Shown one piece after another: positions 7,978-17,095 of a stretch of 64,000 nt of DNA (position 1 is the stretch's first letter; the number at the start of each line of letters is the position of its first letter). Location of the stretch: assembly GCA_963666205.1 (NCBI GenBank), contig OY762654.1, forward strand, positions 1,088,001 to 1,152,000, in the 5' to 3' direction. The position numbers were made by a program, and so were the translations under genes. Origin of the DNA: Synergistales bacterium (GTDB lineage: Bacteria > Synergistota > Synergistia > Synergistales > JAFGMB01). The notes under the pieces are model-generated. The model did not search any database, was not told the origin of the DNA, and saw nothing but the letters and a program-made list of their open reading frames with translations.

Positions 7978-8640
7978 ATGAGATCGGTATCCTTTAAAAA
8001 AATATTGCTGGCCATAATGGTCCTGTTTACTGCTTTATCAGTATTTTCCCCTTCTGCAAAGGCCGTAGACGTACTGGAAATGGAAAAGCAGGAACTTTCC
8101 AGAAATGAAATTGAAGGGATTCTTCTGATGAGAGAAGAGGAAAAACTGGCCAGAGACGTATATCTGACCCTTGGAGAAAAGTGGGATCTGAAACCTTTTT
8201 TTAATATAGCCGAAAGCGAGCAGAAACATATGGATGAGATGGGATCCCTGGTAACAAAATATGACCTGGAAGATCCCGTAAAGGATGATACAAGGGGCGT
8301 ATTTACAAACCCGGAAATGAAAAAACTCTACGACGAACTTCTTGCCAAAGGGCAGAAATCCAGACTTGATGCCTTTAAAGTGGGAACAATGATCGAAGAC
8401 CTGGACATCGCAGATCTTGAGGCGCTTCTTAAGGAAACGGATAACGATGATATAAGGATCGTTTATCTGAACCTAGTAAAGGGATCCAGAAACCATCTGA
8501 GAACCTTTCATTTTCAGATTGAAAAATCCGGAGGCACCTACAAGGCACAATATATCACCGATGATATGTATAATAAGATCACAGGATCTCAGAAGGAACA
8601 GTACGAAATATCCGATCCGGATTTCAAGTATGAATATTAG
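7978..8640 (+). CDS. DUF2202 ferritin-like protein with signal peptide
   Basis: MREEEKLARDVY, SEQKH, IEDLDI and GSRNHLR motifs; AGGAGG precedes ATG 7978. Confidence 0.8.
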   Translation: MRSVSFKKILLAIMVLFTALSVFSPSAKAVDVLEMEKQELSRNEIEGILLMREEEKLARDVYLTLGEKWDLKPFFNIAESEQKHMDEMGSLVTKYDLEDPVKDDTRGVFTNPEMKKLYDELLAKGQKSRLDAFKVGTMIEDLDIADLEALLKETDNDDIRIVYLNLVKGSRNHLRTFHFQIEKSGGTYKAQYITDDMYNKITGSQKEQYEISDPDFKYEY

Positions 8641-8650
8641 ATAATTCATT

Positions 8651-8692
8651 AAAAAGGGGAGGGGCCCGGAAAACAGAGCCTCTCCCCTTTTT
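8651..8692. terminator. Bidirectional terminator
   Basis: AAAAAGGGGAG...CTCCCCTTTTT between convergent genes. Confidence 0.8.
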
Positions 8693-8724
8693 AATGATAA
8701 TATCAGGGTCCAGGATAAAAAGGA

Positions 8725-9477
8725 CTAATAACCTGAAAGGAACATTTTCATTATAAGACTTGCTGACAGAAGTGATACCACTTCTCCCATCTCGCACAGA
8801 ATCCCGTAGCCATCATCTGTCAGTCCACCCCTCATTCTGGTAAAGACCCATGACAGCAGGAAGACCGAACCTCCTGTAAAGAAAAGGAAGACCAGACCAT
8901 ATGTACCTGCAAGGAGAATAGCCAGCGTCAAGGCTGATATCGTTCCGATTACAAATTCCCTGTTGGTACAGCTTTTCCTGAAGGTATCTACCGTACCATC
9001 CGATACTGCACATGGAAAGAAGCGAATTGCCAGAACCATTGCCCAGCATCCCAGGATGGGCGCCAGTATAAGGGCCTTGGAAAAGAACTGCCATTTAAGT
9101 TCATTCAAAGCAGCGAACTTTACCAGAAGGACGCATACCAGGGCCAGGGCTCCGAGGCTTCCAAGCCGGCTATGTTTCATTATGGGAAGCCTGATCTCCC
9201 CGCCCCCATTCTCTCCGATTTTTTCAAAGGAACTTCCATAACCATCCAGGTGAAAAGCCCTTGTGACAAGAACCCAGATGGTCACAGTCAGAGCTGTGGA
9301 AAGCATAGGCTGAAAGAGGAAACCCATAAGACCATGGATAAACAGCAGCATTCCCCCGATCACTGCACCTACAAGGGGGAACCATGCTATCGATCTTCCA
9401 AGATCCTGGAGGGAAACATTCTCATCTCCAGGGACCGGGATGATGGTCAGAAAGCGAAGGGCATTGAGAAATTCCAA
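8725..9477 (-). CDS. cobS: Cobalamin synthase CobS-family membrane protein (divergent)
   Basis: ALRFLTIIPVP, FPLVGAVIG, FHLDG, IMKHSRLG and GGLTDD segments; several canonical acidic residues appear altered. Confidence 0.7.
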   Translation of the reverse strand: MEFLNALRFLTIIPVPGDENVSLQDLGRSIAWFPLVGAVIGGMLLFIHGLMGFLFQPMLSTALTVTIWVLVTRAFHLDGYGSSFEKIGENGGGEIRLPIMKHSRLGSLGALALVCVLLVKFAALNELKWQFFSKALILAPILGCWAMVLAIRFFPCAVSDGTVDTFRKSCTNREFVIGTISALTLAILLAGTYGLVFLFFTGGSVFLLSWVFTRMRGGLTDDGYGILCEMGEVVSLLSASLIMKMFLSGY

Positions 9478-9631
9478 ATTATGGCCTCCTTAAGTCCGGA
9501 TATTCCGGTACTCATAAAAATCATTATTTCATCAAATATCTTAACAGAAGATACAACTGTTGTGACTATCAGGCCAACCCTTCAGTCCCGAAAGAAAATC
9601 TTTACATACTTCAACAATAATAAAATACCCC

Positions 9632-9683
9632 TTGACTCCATTCATAGTTAATATTATAATTAATATTGTTAGATGTACTTAAC
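9632..9683 (+). promoter_or_regulatory. Peroxiredoxin promoter with putative DtxR-family operator
   Basis: TTGACT-N17-TATAAT (9632-9660) followed by GTTAG-N6-TTAAC (9668-9683). Confidence 0.65.
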
Positions 9684-9718
9684 ATATTATTTAGTATCTC
9701 ACTCAAGGAGGTTTTAAA

Positions 9719-10369
9719 ATGGACGCAGAGATCAGAATGCCCCTCATAGGGGATCCCATGCCGCTAATGGAAGTTAATACAACGAGGGGAAAGATGGTCC
9801 TACCTGACTCTTACAAGGGTAAATGGTTCGTACTTTTCAGCCATCCTGCGGATTTCACTCCCGTCTGTACAACAGAATTTGTAGCATTTCAGAAGAGATA
9901 CCAGGAGTTCAAGGATCTTGACTGTGAACTCATAGGGTTGAGTATTGACCAGGTTTTCTCACATATTAAATGGACAGAATGGATAAAAGAAAAGCTTGAT
10001 GTAGAAATAGAATTTCCAATAATTGCGGATAACGGTGAAGTGGGATATATCATGGGAATGGTCCATCCCGGCAAAGGATCCAATACTGTAAGAGCAGTAT
10101 TTATCGTTGACCCTGAGGGTATTGTAAGGGCTATACTCTACTATCCCCAGGAACTGGGACGTAATTTTGACGAGATACTGAGAATGGTCAAGGGGCTTCA
10201 GACTTCAGACGCAGAGGGAGTAGCTCTTCCTGCGAACTGGCCTGACAACGAGCTTATAGGCGAAAATGTCATAGTACCACCCGCATCGAATGTGGATGAC
10301 GCCAGGGAAAGACTGGAAAGCAGGGAACACACCTGTTTCGACTGGTGGTTCTGTCATAAAAAGCTTTAA
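9719..10369 (+). CDS. Peroxiredoxin (Prx6/TDXH type)
   Basis: [14 protein letters not shown] active site, [10 protein letters not shown]-terminal CFDWWFC. Confidence 0.95.
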   Translation: MDAEIRMPLIGDPMPLMEVNTTRGKMVLPDSYKGKWFVLFSHPADFTPVCTTEFVAFQKRYQEFKDLDCELIGLSIDQVFSHIKWTEWIKEKLDVEIEFPIIADNGEVGYIMGMVHPGKGSNTVRAVFIVDPEGIVRAILYYPQELGRNFDEILRMVKGLQTSDAEGVALPANWPDNELIGENVIVPPASNVDDARERLESREHTCFDWWFCHKKL

Positions 10370-10398
10370 CCTCTCTCCCCCTTAATACATATACACAT

Positions 10399-10452
10399 AC
10401 AACACAGCGAAGGGACTGACCTCTGCAGGTTCAGTCCCTTCGCTGTGTTGTA
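10399..10452 (+). terminator. Long stem-loop, probable terminator
   Basis: ACAACACAGCGAAGGGACTGA/TCAGTCCCTTCGCTGTGTTGT inverted repeat. Confidence 0.75.
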
Positions 10453-10538
10453 ATGAAGTTTTCAGCTTCTGTCTCATTGTGCTGATGTATTGGTTATAAT
10501 GGGAGAATATGTAATTTCATAATAAGGGGGATGACCAG

Positions 10539-11060
10539 ATGCAAGAGAAGGGTTTCATACAGATCTACACCGGAACGGGAAAAGGCAAGACCACAGCCGC
10601 CCTTGGTCTTGCCATGAGAGCCGTTGGAGCCGGCTTCAGAATCTTTATCGGACAATTCCTGAAACAGGAGAAATACAGTGAACATAGGGCAATAAAACTT
10701 ATGGGGAGTTCCGTGACCCTGAGAACTTTCGGAGGAGACCGGTTTATTGGAGATACCCCCTCCGAAGGGGATATAGCCCTGGCAGAAAAGGGGCTGGAGG
10801 AGTTGAGACAGGCCCTTGTCAGCGAAGTTTATGATCTTGTCATAGCAGATGAGATCATTGTGGCAGTTCATCTCGGCCTGTTGAAAGAGGAAGATGTCCT
10901 CAGCCTGATGAGGCAGAAACCTGAAAATGTAGAACTGGTCCTTACAGGCCGTTATGCAACAGAGAAGATGATAGCCATGGCAGACCTGGTAACGAAAATG
11001 GTGGAAAACAAACATTATTATGATAAGGGAATACAGGCAAGAGAAGGGATCGAAAAATAA
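10539..11060 (+). CDS. btuR: Cob(I)alamin adenosyltransferase (CobO/BtuR/CobA type)
   Basis: YTGTGKGKTTAALG, QFLK, ELVLTGR and GIQAREGIE motifs. Confidence 0.9.
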   Translation: MQEKGFIQIYTGTGKGKTTAALGLAMRAVGAGFRIFIGQFLKQEKYSEHRAIKLMGSSVTLRTFGGDRFIGDTPSEGDIALAEKGLEELRQALVSEVYDLVIADEIIVAVHLGLLKEEDVLSLMRQKPENVELVLTGRYATEKMIAMADLVTKMVENKHYYDKGIQAREGIEK

Positions 11061-11218
11061 TATATTTCCACGTCATCATGGGCACCATTCTTCTGTCTAA
11101 GATACAGGAAATGGACCAGGGGCTGAATAAGATAATCAACATTATTCCTTTATGGCTTATATCGGTTTTATTTTATTGGCGTTTGGAACTTTAAAAGAGG
11201 AAAGGAACTGATCCAAAA

Positions 11219-11824
11219 ATGGAAAGAACGATTTATCTGGTCAGGCATGGAAGACCGGCCCTCCCGGATCATGAACTTCGTTTTCTGGGCAGGACAGATC
11301 TTCCCCTTTCGGAGGAAGGCATGGACCAGGCCCTGAAACTTGGAGAAATATTTAAGGGACATAATTTCGAAGATGTTTTTCACAGCGGGATGAAGAGGAC
11401 ATCCCAGACGGCATACCTCATCTTCAAGGACAGGCCTGTAGAAATGGAAACAGTGCCCCAATTCAGAGAGATCGCCTTTGGTGAATGGGAAACCCTTTCC
11501 ATGAAGGAACTTTCGATAAAGGATCCTGAAGCATTCAAGGCAAGGGGACGGGACTTCGGGAACTTCAGACCCCCTGGAGGAGAAAACTTCGACGATCTGC
11601 AGAAAAGAGTATACCCTGCCTTCGAAAAGATTCTATCCAGAACAACTGGAGATATTATGATAGTCGGCCATGCCGGGGTGTTCAAGACCATCATAATGAA
11701 AATACTTGGTCTATCTTTTCAGCAGCTTTTTTCCTTCCGCCAGGAATATTGCGGGGTAAATGTAATTTCTCAGGTAGACGGGTCTCTTTCAGTACTAAAA
11801 CTGAACTGGACACCCGAAATCTGA
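11219..11824 (+). CDS. cobC: Histidine phosphatase, probable alpha-ribazole phosphatase
   Basis: LVRHG, EIAFGEWE, PGGE and VGHAG motifs; lies next to btuR and near cobS. Confidence 0.65.
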   Translation: MERTIYLVRHGRPALPDHELRFLGRTDLPLSEEGMDQALKLGEIFKGHNFEDVFHSGMKRTSQTAYLIFKDRPVEMETVPQFREIAFGEWETLSMKELSIKDPEAFKARGRDFGNFRPPGGENFDDLQKRVYPAFEKILSRTTGDIMIVGHAGVFKTIIMKILGLSFQQLFSFRQEYCGVNVISQVDGSLSVLKLNWTPEI

Positions 11825-11872
11825 TTTTCAGACATGTGAAAAATACAAAGACAGATCTTTTTTCAACAAGAA

Positions 11873-12475
11873 TCAGAAATGGTCTTTTATAAGGACCTCT
11901 TCCTTTGGCAGCTGACCTGCACGGGGCCAGGCTTCTTTAGTTCCCTTGCCAACCACAACGAACATGGCAATAACATGGTCTTCGGGAAGGTTTATGAGCT
12001 TTGCAACTGCATCGAAATCAAAACCGTCCATGGGACATGAATCATAGCCCATTTCCTTCGCTGCCAGCATCAGAGTCTGGGCAGCTATCCCGCATGACCT
12101 CATGGCCTCGTCCCTCTGGACCTGATCTTTCCCCCGGTAGTACTGATCTATGGCAGTGAGGATGAAATCCTGAACCTGCTGAGGAGCATTTCTCCACTTC
12201 CGGGGAACATCTTTTTCCCAGGCCTTTAGATCGGCGCAAAGAACGATGAGCAGCGAAGCATCCGTTACCTGCTCCTGATCCCAGGCAACTTTCCGTATTT
12301 CCTTACGAAGCTCGGGATCCTGAACCAGAACAAATTTCCAGTTCTGAATGTTGAATGCTGTGGGGGACAACATGGCGAGAGAAAAAAGCTGGTTTATCTC
12401 TTCATCACTCATCCTGTGCTTTGGATCATAGTGCTTGACAGCTCTTCTCTTTTCGATAGCTACGAGGGTATTCAT
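11873..12475 (-). CDS. Nitroreductase family protein
   Basis: RRAVKHY, SPTAFNIQNW and MGYDSCPMDGFD motifs. Confidence 0.9.
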   Translation of the reverse strand: MNTLVAIEKRRAVKHYDPKHRMSDEEINQLFSLAMLSPTAFNIQNWKFVLVQDPELRKEIRKVAWDQEQVTDASLLIVLCADLKAWEKDVPRKWRNAPQQVQDFILTAIDQYYRGKDQVQRDEAMRSCGIAAQTLMLAAKEMGYDSCPMDGFDFDAVAKLINLPEDHVIAMFVVVGKGTKEAWPRAGQLPKEEVLIKDHF

Positions 12476-12553
12476 TAAACATCCACCTCCCTGGTTATTT
12501 ATAGTGTTATTTTCAAAAAACGGACTTCATTCTATAATACATCCTTTAACGAA

Positions 12554-12580
12554 TTGAGCAAATAGCTGACTATTGCTCAA
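12554..12580. promoter_or_regulatory. Palindromic operator candidate upstream of the nitroreductase
   Basis: TTGAGCAAATAG-CTGA-CTATTGCTCAA near-perfect inverted repeat with no U-tract. Confidence 0.45.
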
Positions 12581-12642
12581 CTGAACAGATCTTAACAGGG
12601 TTATATCCTCATATCAGAGACAGATCCAATGGATAGTTCACT

Positions 12643-12680
12643 AAAAAACCAGGGGTCACGTAAATCGTGACCCCTGGTTT
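12643..12680 (-). terminator. Intrinsic terminator
   Basis: AAACCAGGGGTCACG/CGTGACCCCTGGTTT with an A-tract on the plus strand. Confidence 0.85.
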
Positions 12681-12754
12681 GAATTAAGCTCTTCTTTCAA
12701 AAAATGAAAATATAGATCTCAAACCCGAGAGGAACCCTCTCAGCAGGTTGAGCT

Positions 12755-13588
12755 TCAGGAGCCTCCACTTGCGCCACCGCCGGATCCGGAACTCCCGGAT
12801 CCTCCGGAACCGCTATTATCTCCGCCATTACCGGAAGAACCATTCCTGTTCACCCTTGTAATAGAACCATTCACTGTATCCCATCCGTAGTAGGAATTAT
12901 TCCTGGTGATCCTGCCCTCTTTATTGAGGTTTACCAATCCTTCTGTCTTCCTGGATACAGATGGACTTACCCCGTCGGCTGTATACCCAAGCCTGGCCAG
13001 ATTCAATGGAAGACTTCTTTCCTGGGGATCTTTCCACATGGTACTGTTATTTGACAGCAGATCAAAAAGGTCTCTTGTCTGGGTAAGAGTCCGGTTCAGT
13101 TGATCATATTCCCCTTGATCCACTACACCTGCCATCTCCCTGAAGGCTGTGGATCGATCCAGACCTTTAAAGATATCATGGGCCAGCCATAAAGCTCCGG
13201 GCTCTCTTATATCAACCAGAAAAGATATGGCCGCCAGAGAAGATTCTATGGCAAGAACCTGTTTCGGAAGATTCTCATCCGCTCCTATAAAACCTTCCAC
13301 TCCATCAAGGTTGGCTGGATCTCCATCGGGTAAAAGGATCTCCATCAGCTGAAGGGATCTCGAGGCTCCCTCACGGGCATTCGTACTCTTCCAGACCATA
13401 TCCCGTACCGCCTGGGGATCTTGTGAAACCTGACTGGAAAGAAGCTCCTTCCTGAGTTCCTGGCCACTTTCCTTCTGGAGACAGAAATTAATGTAGTCGT
13501 CCTTATCTCCTGCAAATGATACCGATGTAATAACCATCAGAACTGCTGAAATACATAAAATGGGTAAAAGTAATCCAGTTCTTTTCAA
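12755..13588 (-). CDS. Hypothetical exported protein with Gly/Ser-rich tail
   Basis: Signal peptide, 277-aa ORF, low-complexity C-terminus; paralogue of the next gene. Confidence 0.75.
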   Translation of the reverse strand: MKRTGLLLPILCISAVLMVITSVSFAGDKDDYINFCLQKESGQELRKELLSSQVSQDPQAVRDMVWKSTNAREGASRSLQLMEILLPDGDPANLDGVEGFIGADENLPKQVLAIESSLAAISFLVDIREPGALWLAHDIFKGLDRSTAFREMAGVVDQGEYDQLNRTLTQTRDLFDLLSNNSTMWKDPQERSLPLNLARLGYTADGVSPSVSRKTEGLVNLNKEGRITRNNSYYGWDTVNGSITRVNRNGSSGNGGDNSGSGGSGSSGSGGGASGGS

Positions 13589-13941
13589 TTCTTGTATTCT
13601 CCCTTCAAATGCACAAATTGAGTTATAACTATCCCTTAAAGGAATGGTTTACGTTGAATACTCCAGAAATATCCTCATTATCTTAAAGATATGAGAAGGC
13701 ACATATCCATCGATCAGTTACGGAGAAAATATGCAGGATCTGAAAAAGAAAGGCTGGCATAAAGAAAAGCTATTGGAAAAAAGATCAAGGGGCAAAGTGA
13801 CCATGGAGAACATATAGTAACATCTGATCCTTATCCTGTGTTATATAAATACTAAACAGGCAGCCCAGTGAAATCTTAAACCATTTTATCTACTTGTTTT
13901 ATAAGCATAGGGAAACTTCCCTATCTGCCTGACCTGGGCCC

Positions 13942-14817
13942 TCAGGTACAGGGTGTCCCTTCCGAAAGGCGAAGGGGAACCTGCGATCTCCGGGAAGGGG
14001 ATAATCCAGATGTTTCAACAGACCACTTACCCCGACTGGTAAAGGGATGGACCTTTCCACTAAGCAAGTTGAACACCCGGGGTCCGGAAATATTATTCAG
14101 GATGCCCCTGGTACTTATATACAGAACAGGAAGATCCCTGAGATCTTCTGCGTTCATATTTTCTTCACTGTAGCCTGATAACTTGCGTAATCCGAGGGGA
14201 AGAACTCCTCCGCCCGGATCAGCTCAGGTAAAATCTCCCTTAAAGACCTTTTCAAACAAAGCCCTGGAAGTAGAAAAATGTTCGGACAGGACCTGAAGGT
14301 CTTTTCCTCCGTTAGGGGATGGCAGGGATCTCATTACATCGGTTTTCTCAAGGGAAAGGAATATCTCCTGTGCCAGACCGAGAGATTCCGGTTCTCCTAT
14401 CCGGCAGAGAGAAGCCATGGACGCAAGGAAAACCTCCAAAAGGACAAGCTGTTTTGATATCCCCGGCTCTGGCGGAAAGGAGTGGAGATCCAGGAAGGAA
14501 TTTTCAGTAATGAATCCAGAAATTTCGTCCAGCCTGGAAATCTCTTTTCCTTCCAGTAGATACCTGGCCATGGTAAAACTCTGAGAAGCCTTGATCCGGT
14601 CGTTTTCACCGGTACTCATGATCTCCCAGCGTTCTGCAAGGGATCTGCTTCCTGCCATTTTCAAAAGATCCTCTTCATATCGGTCATTAAGTTTCATCCT
14701 CATAAGGAAATCAATATAATCCATATCTTCTGCCTTTGAACAGGAAGAGAGAATGCTCAGAAGAAACAGACAACAGAGACATAATAGGGCTATTCTTTTA
14801 AATGACAATAGAATCAC
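13942..14817 (-). pseudogene. Paralogue of 12755-13588 interrupted by an in-frame TGA at 14224-14226
   Basis: ORFs 14224-14817 and 13942-14157 share a frame and the gap between them is open; similarity to the paralogue continues past the stop (TMWKDPQERSLPL vs FT*ADPGGGVLPL). Confidence 0.7.
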
Positions 14818-14989
14818 CTCCTATTGATTTACTATACTATCATAGTGAATCGAAGAAAAGAGATCCAGAAAAAATATCTGTTTATTTGTTACAATCAGGT
14901 TAAGGGATCCTGATAATCCATTGCATAGCAAGAAAATTGAAATATAATCGAAAGGATCGACAAAGATCTTGATCAAGGGAGGGGTAAAC

Positions 14990-15859
14990 ATGATAAGCGA
15001 AGAAATGAGACAAAAACTGCTCAGGCTTCAGAAAGCAGAGATAACCCAGCATCACATATACCTGCGCCTTTCCAGTCAGGTAGGGGGTGAGAACGGTGAA
15101 ATTCTTGCCCAGGTCGCCAATGACGAATTCCGCCATTATATGGCCCTTGAAGTTTTTACAAGGGAAGTCATAAATCCCTCTTTTTTCACCATCTGGTTCT
15201 ATCTTCTGCTCGGAAAGATATTCGGGATCACTTTCGTTATCAAGTACCTGGAGCAGGGAGAGGAAGAAGCAGAAAAGATCTATGATGAGCTTGCAGCAGA
15301 GATACCCGAGGCGGCTGCAATAAAAGAAGACGAAGAAAGGCACGAACATGAGCTTATTGCCCTTATAGATGAGGAAAGACTATCCTACATCAGCTCCATG
15401 GTGCTGGGTGTTAATGATGCACTGGTAGAGCTTACAGGAGCCCTGGCCGGTCTGACCTTCGTTCTCGGAAGTACCAGGATAACGGGCACTGCAGGGTTGA
15501 TAACGGGAATATCGGCATCTCTCTCCATGGCTGCATCGGAATACCTTTCCCAGAAAAGTGAGATACAGACAGATACTGATCCCCTGAAAGCCTCCATATA
15601 CACGGGGATAATGTACGTAGCGGCTACCCTGATCCTTATAATTCCCTATTTTGTCTTTACCATCCCCCTGGCAGCCCTTTTCTTTACCCTGTTCAACGCA
15701 GCCCTGATAATAGTTGTTTTCACTTTTTTCCTTTCAGTGGTAAAGGAAACATCCTTCAGAAGATCCTTTACCGAAATGATCATGCTCAGTTTCGGAGTAG
15801 CTGGAATATCATTCCTCATAGGAATATTTGCCCGGACCATCCTTAAAGTTGGCATCTGA
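14990..15859 (+). CDS. VIT1/CCC1-family metal transporter with N-terminal rubrerythrin/ferritin-like domain
   Basis: ExxH motifs (DEFRH, DEERH) followed by VLGVNDALVELTGALAG and SLSMAASEYLS. Confidence 0.85.
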   Translation: MISEEMRQKLLRLQKAEITQHHIYLRLSSQVGGENGEILAQVANDEFRHYMALEVFTREVINPSFFTIWFYLLLGKIFGITFVIKYLEQGEEEAEKIYDELAAEIPEAAAIKEDEERHEHELIALIDEERLSYISSMVLGVNDALVELTGALAGLTFVLGSTRITGTAGLITGISASLSMAASEYLSQKSEIQTDTDPLKASIYTGIMYVAATLILIIPYFVFTIPLAALFFTLFNAALIIVVFTFFLSVVKETSFRRSFTEMIMLSFGVAGISFLIGIFARTILKVGI

Positions 15860-15898
15860 GTCCAGGGTCTTTATCCGTTAATACCCGGGATACACTCA

Positions 15899-15944
15899 AG
15901 GGTGTGGGGGAAAGGTTATATTTTCTGCCCCGCACCCTTTTTTC
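15899..15944 (+). terminator. Intrinsic terminator
   Basis: AGGGTGTGGGG...CCCCGCACCCT followed by a T-tract. Confidence 0.7.
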
Positions 15945-16253
15945 CTGGCCCGTATTTTTACCTTGATTTGAAGGCCCATAATCTGTATAATCTCACGAAC
16001 AGGTTTATCCAGAATCAATCCATCACTCTATTCCTGACTTTATCTTCCTGATGTTCCCCTTAATGTTTATTCTTATCCTTTATTCTTATCCTTATTGATC
16101 TGCAAATAAATGCTTACGCTGAATTGTTTATGCTGATCTGTTCAGGTGATGATTCCTGAAAAGGGGGGAGAGTCATACCTGCTTTGTTCATGGTTGTTTG
16201 AGAATGTCCTGTTCCGTTAGAAAAAATAATTATCAAGAAGGAGTTGAAGCTTA

Positions 16254-17039
16254 ATGAGAATTAGAGACATCATATCCATACGAAACGTCCTGATCATCTT
16301 TGTATTCTGCGCTATAGTTGCAGGACCTACGGCTGTCCAGGCAGCTACCATTCTGAATGAAAACTTTGATGCCAGCTGCTGAGGGGTTCCTCCCGGAATG
16401 CCCACAGGCTGGGGGCGTCAGACAGTAAGCGGAAGTTCAAACTGGTACACAAATTCTTCTTCCTATTCCGTCACACCTCACAATAATTCCATCCGTCTCA
16501 TCTACATGAACAGCGGAAGTACTGAAGGTCGGGCCAGGCTTTACCATACCAACAGCCTTGATCTGAGCAAGTACAACAAGGTGACACTAACTTTCTGGAT
16601 GTACAAGGATCCTGTTCTGGAACAACTGGATGACCGGATCCAGGTCCAGGTCAGAAAGGGCAGTTCATGGGTCAATGCCGGAGATCCCCTTTCCCGCTAT
16701 GCTTCATCCTACGGATGGAGGCAGCAGACTGTAGATCTTTCCGAATTCGGCGGCGGAACGATCCTGATCGGGTTTCTTGGCATAGGAGAAGGCGGAAATG
16801 ATCTCAGGATAGATGATGTCTCGATTACCGGGGAATGGGTCGATGATCCCGACCCGGTAGATGATACGGACAATTCAGATCCTCCTGCAGACAATGACCC
16901 TGACGAAGGGAACTCCGATACAGCTTCGGATGGAGGGGGCGGAGGATGCACTACAGGACTGTTACCCCTTTCTGCCCTCCTTCTGCTTATCCCTCTATTT
17001 CTTATGGGAACAGGCAGTTTATCAGGAAGATCCAGATAA
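16254..17039 (+). pseudogene. SYNERG-CTERM-type surface protein with adhesin-like beta-sandwich; in-frame TGA at 16380-16382
   Basis: AGGAG then ATG 16254, signal peptide ending AVQA, then ATILNENFDASC*GVPPGMPTGW in frame with ORF 16398-17039; Asp/Pro-rich linker and GGGGGCTTG-hydrophobic tail. Confidence 0.7.
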
Positions 17040-17047
17040 GGGAATAT

Positions 17048-17082
17048 AAAAAGGCCCCTCGGTTTTCCCGAGGGGCCTTTTT
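17048..17082. terminator. Bidirectional terminator
   Basis: AAAAAGGCCCCTCGG/CCGAGGGGCCTTTTT. Confidence 0.9.
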
Positions 17083-17095
17083 ATATTCAACTGTT

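Noticed and set aside
9478-11218. Cobalamin riboswitch before cobS, btuR or cobC
   Set aside because: No B12-box consensus (GGGAA...GCCACTG) seen in these short AT-rich spacers
1321-12625. Similar TTAACAGGG(G)TTATA...ATCAGA strings at 1321 and 12592
   Set aside because: Short, gapped and AT-rich; cannot be distinguished from chance without statistics
14188-14226. Selenocysteine insertion at the TGA in the exported paralogue, given the downstream stem-loop
   Set aside because: The position aligns with Trp, not Cys, in the neighbouring paralogue and there is no redox motif
16066-16096. 13-bp tandem repeat TTTATTCTTATCC, about 2.4 copies
   Set aside because: A short low-complexity duplication with no spacers; not CRISPR, and too few units to argue for phase variation
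14224-16382. Genome-wide reassignment of TGA to Trp or Gly, suggested by the two in-frame TGAs
   Set aside because: Conserved genes in the window end correctly at TGA (for example cpxR 3729, folT 31060, ntpB 50099, ntpD 58014) and TGG is used for Trp, so the code is standard
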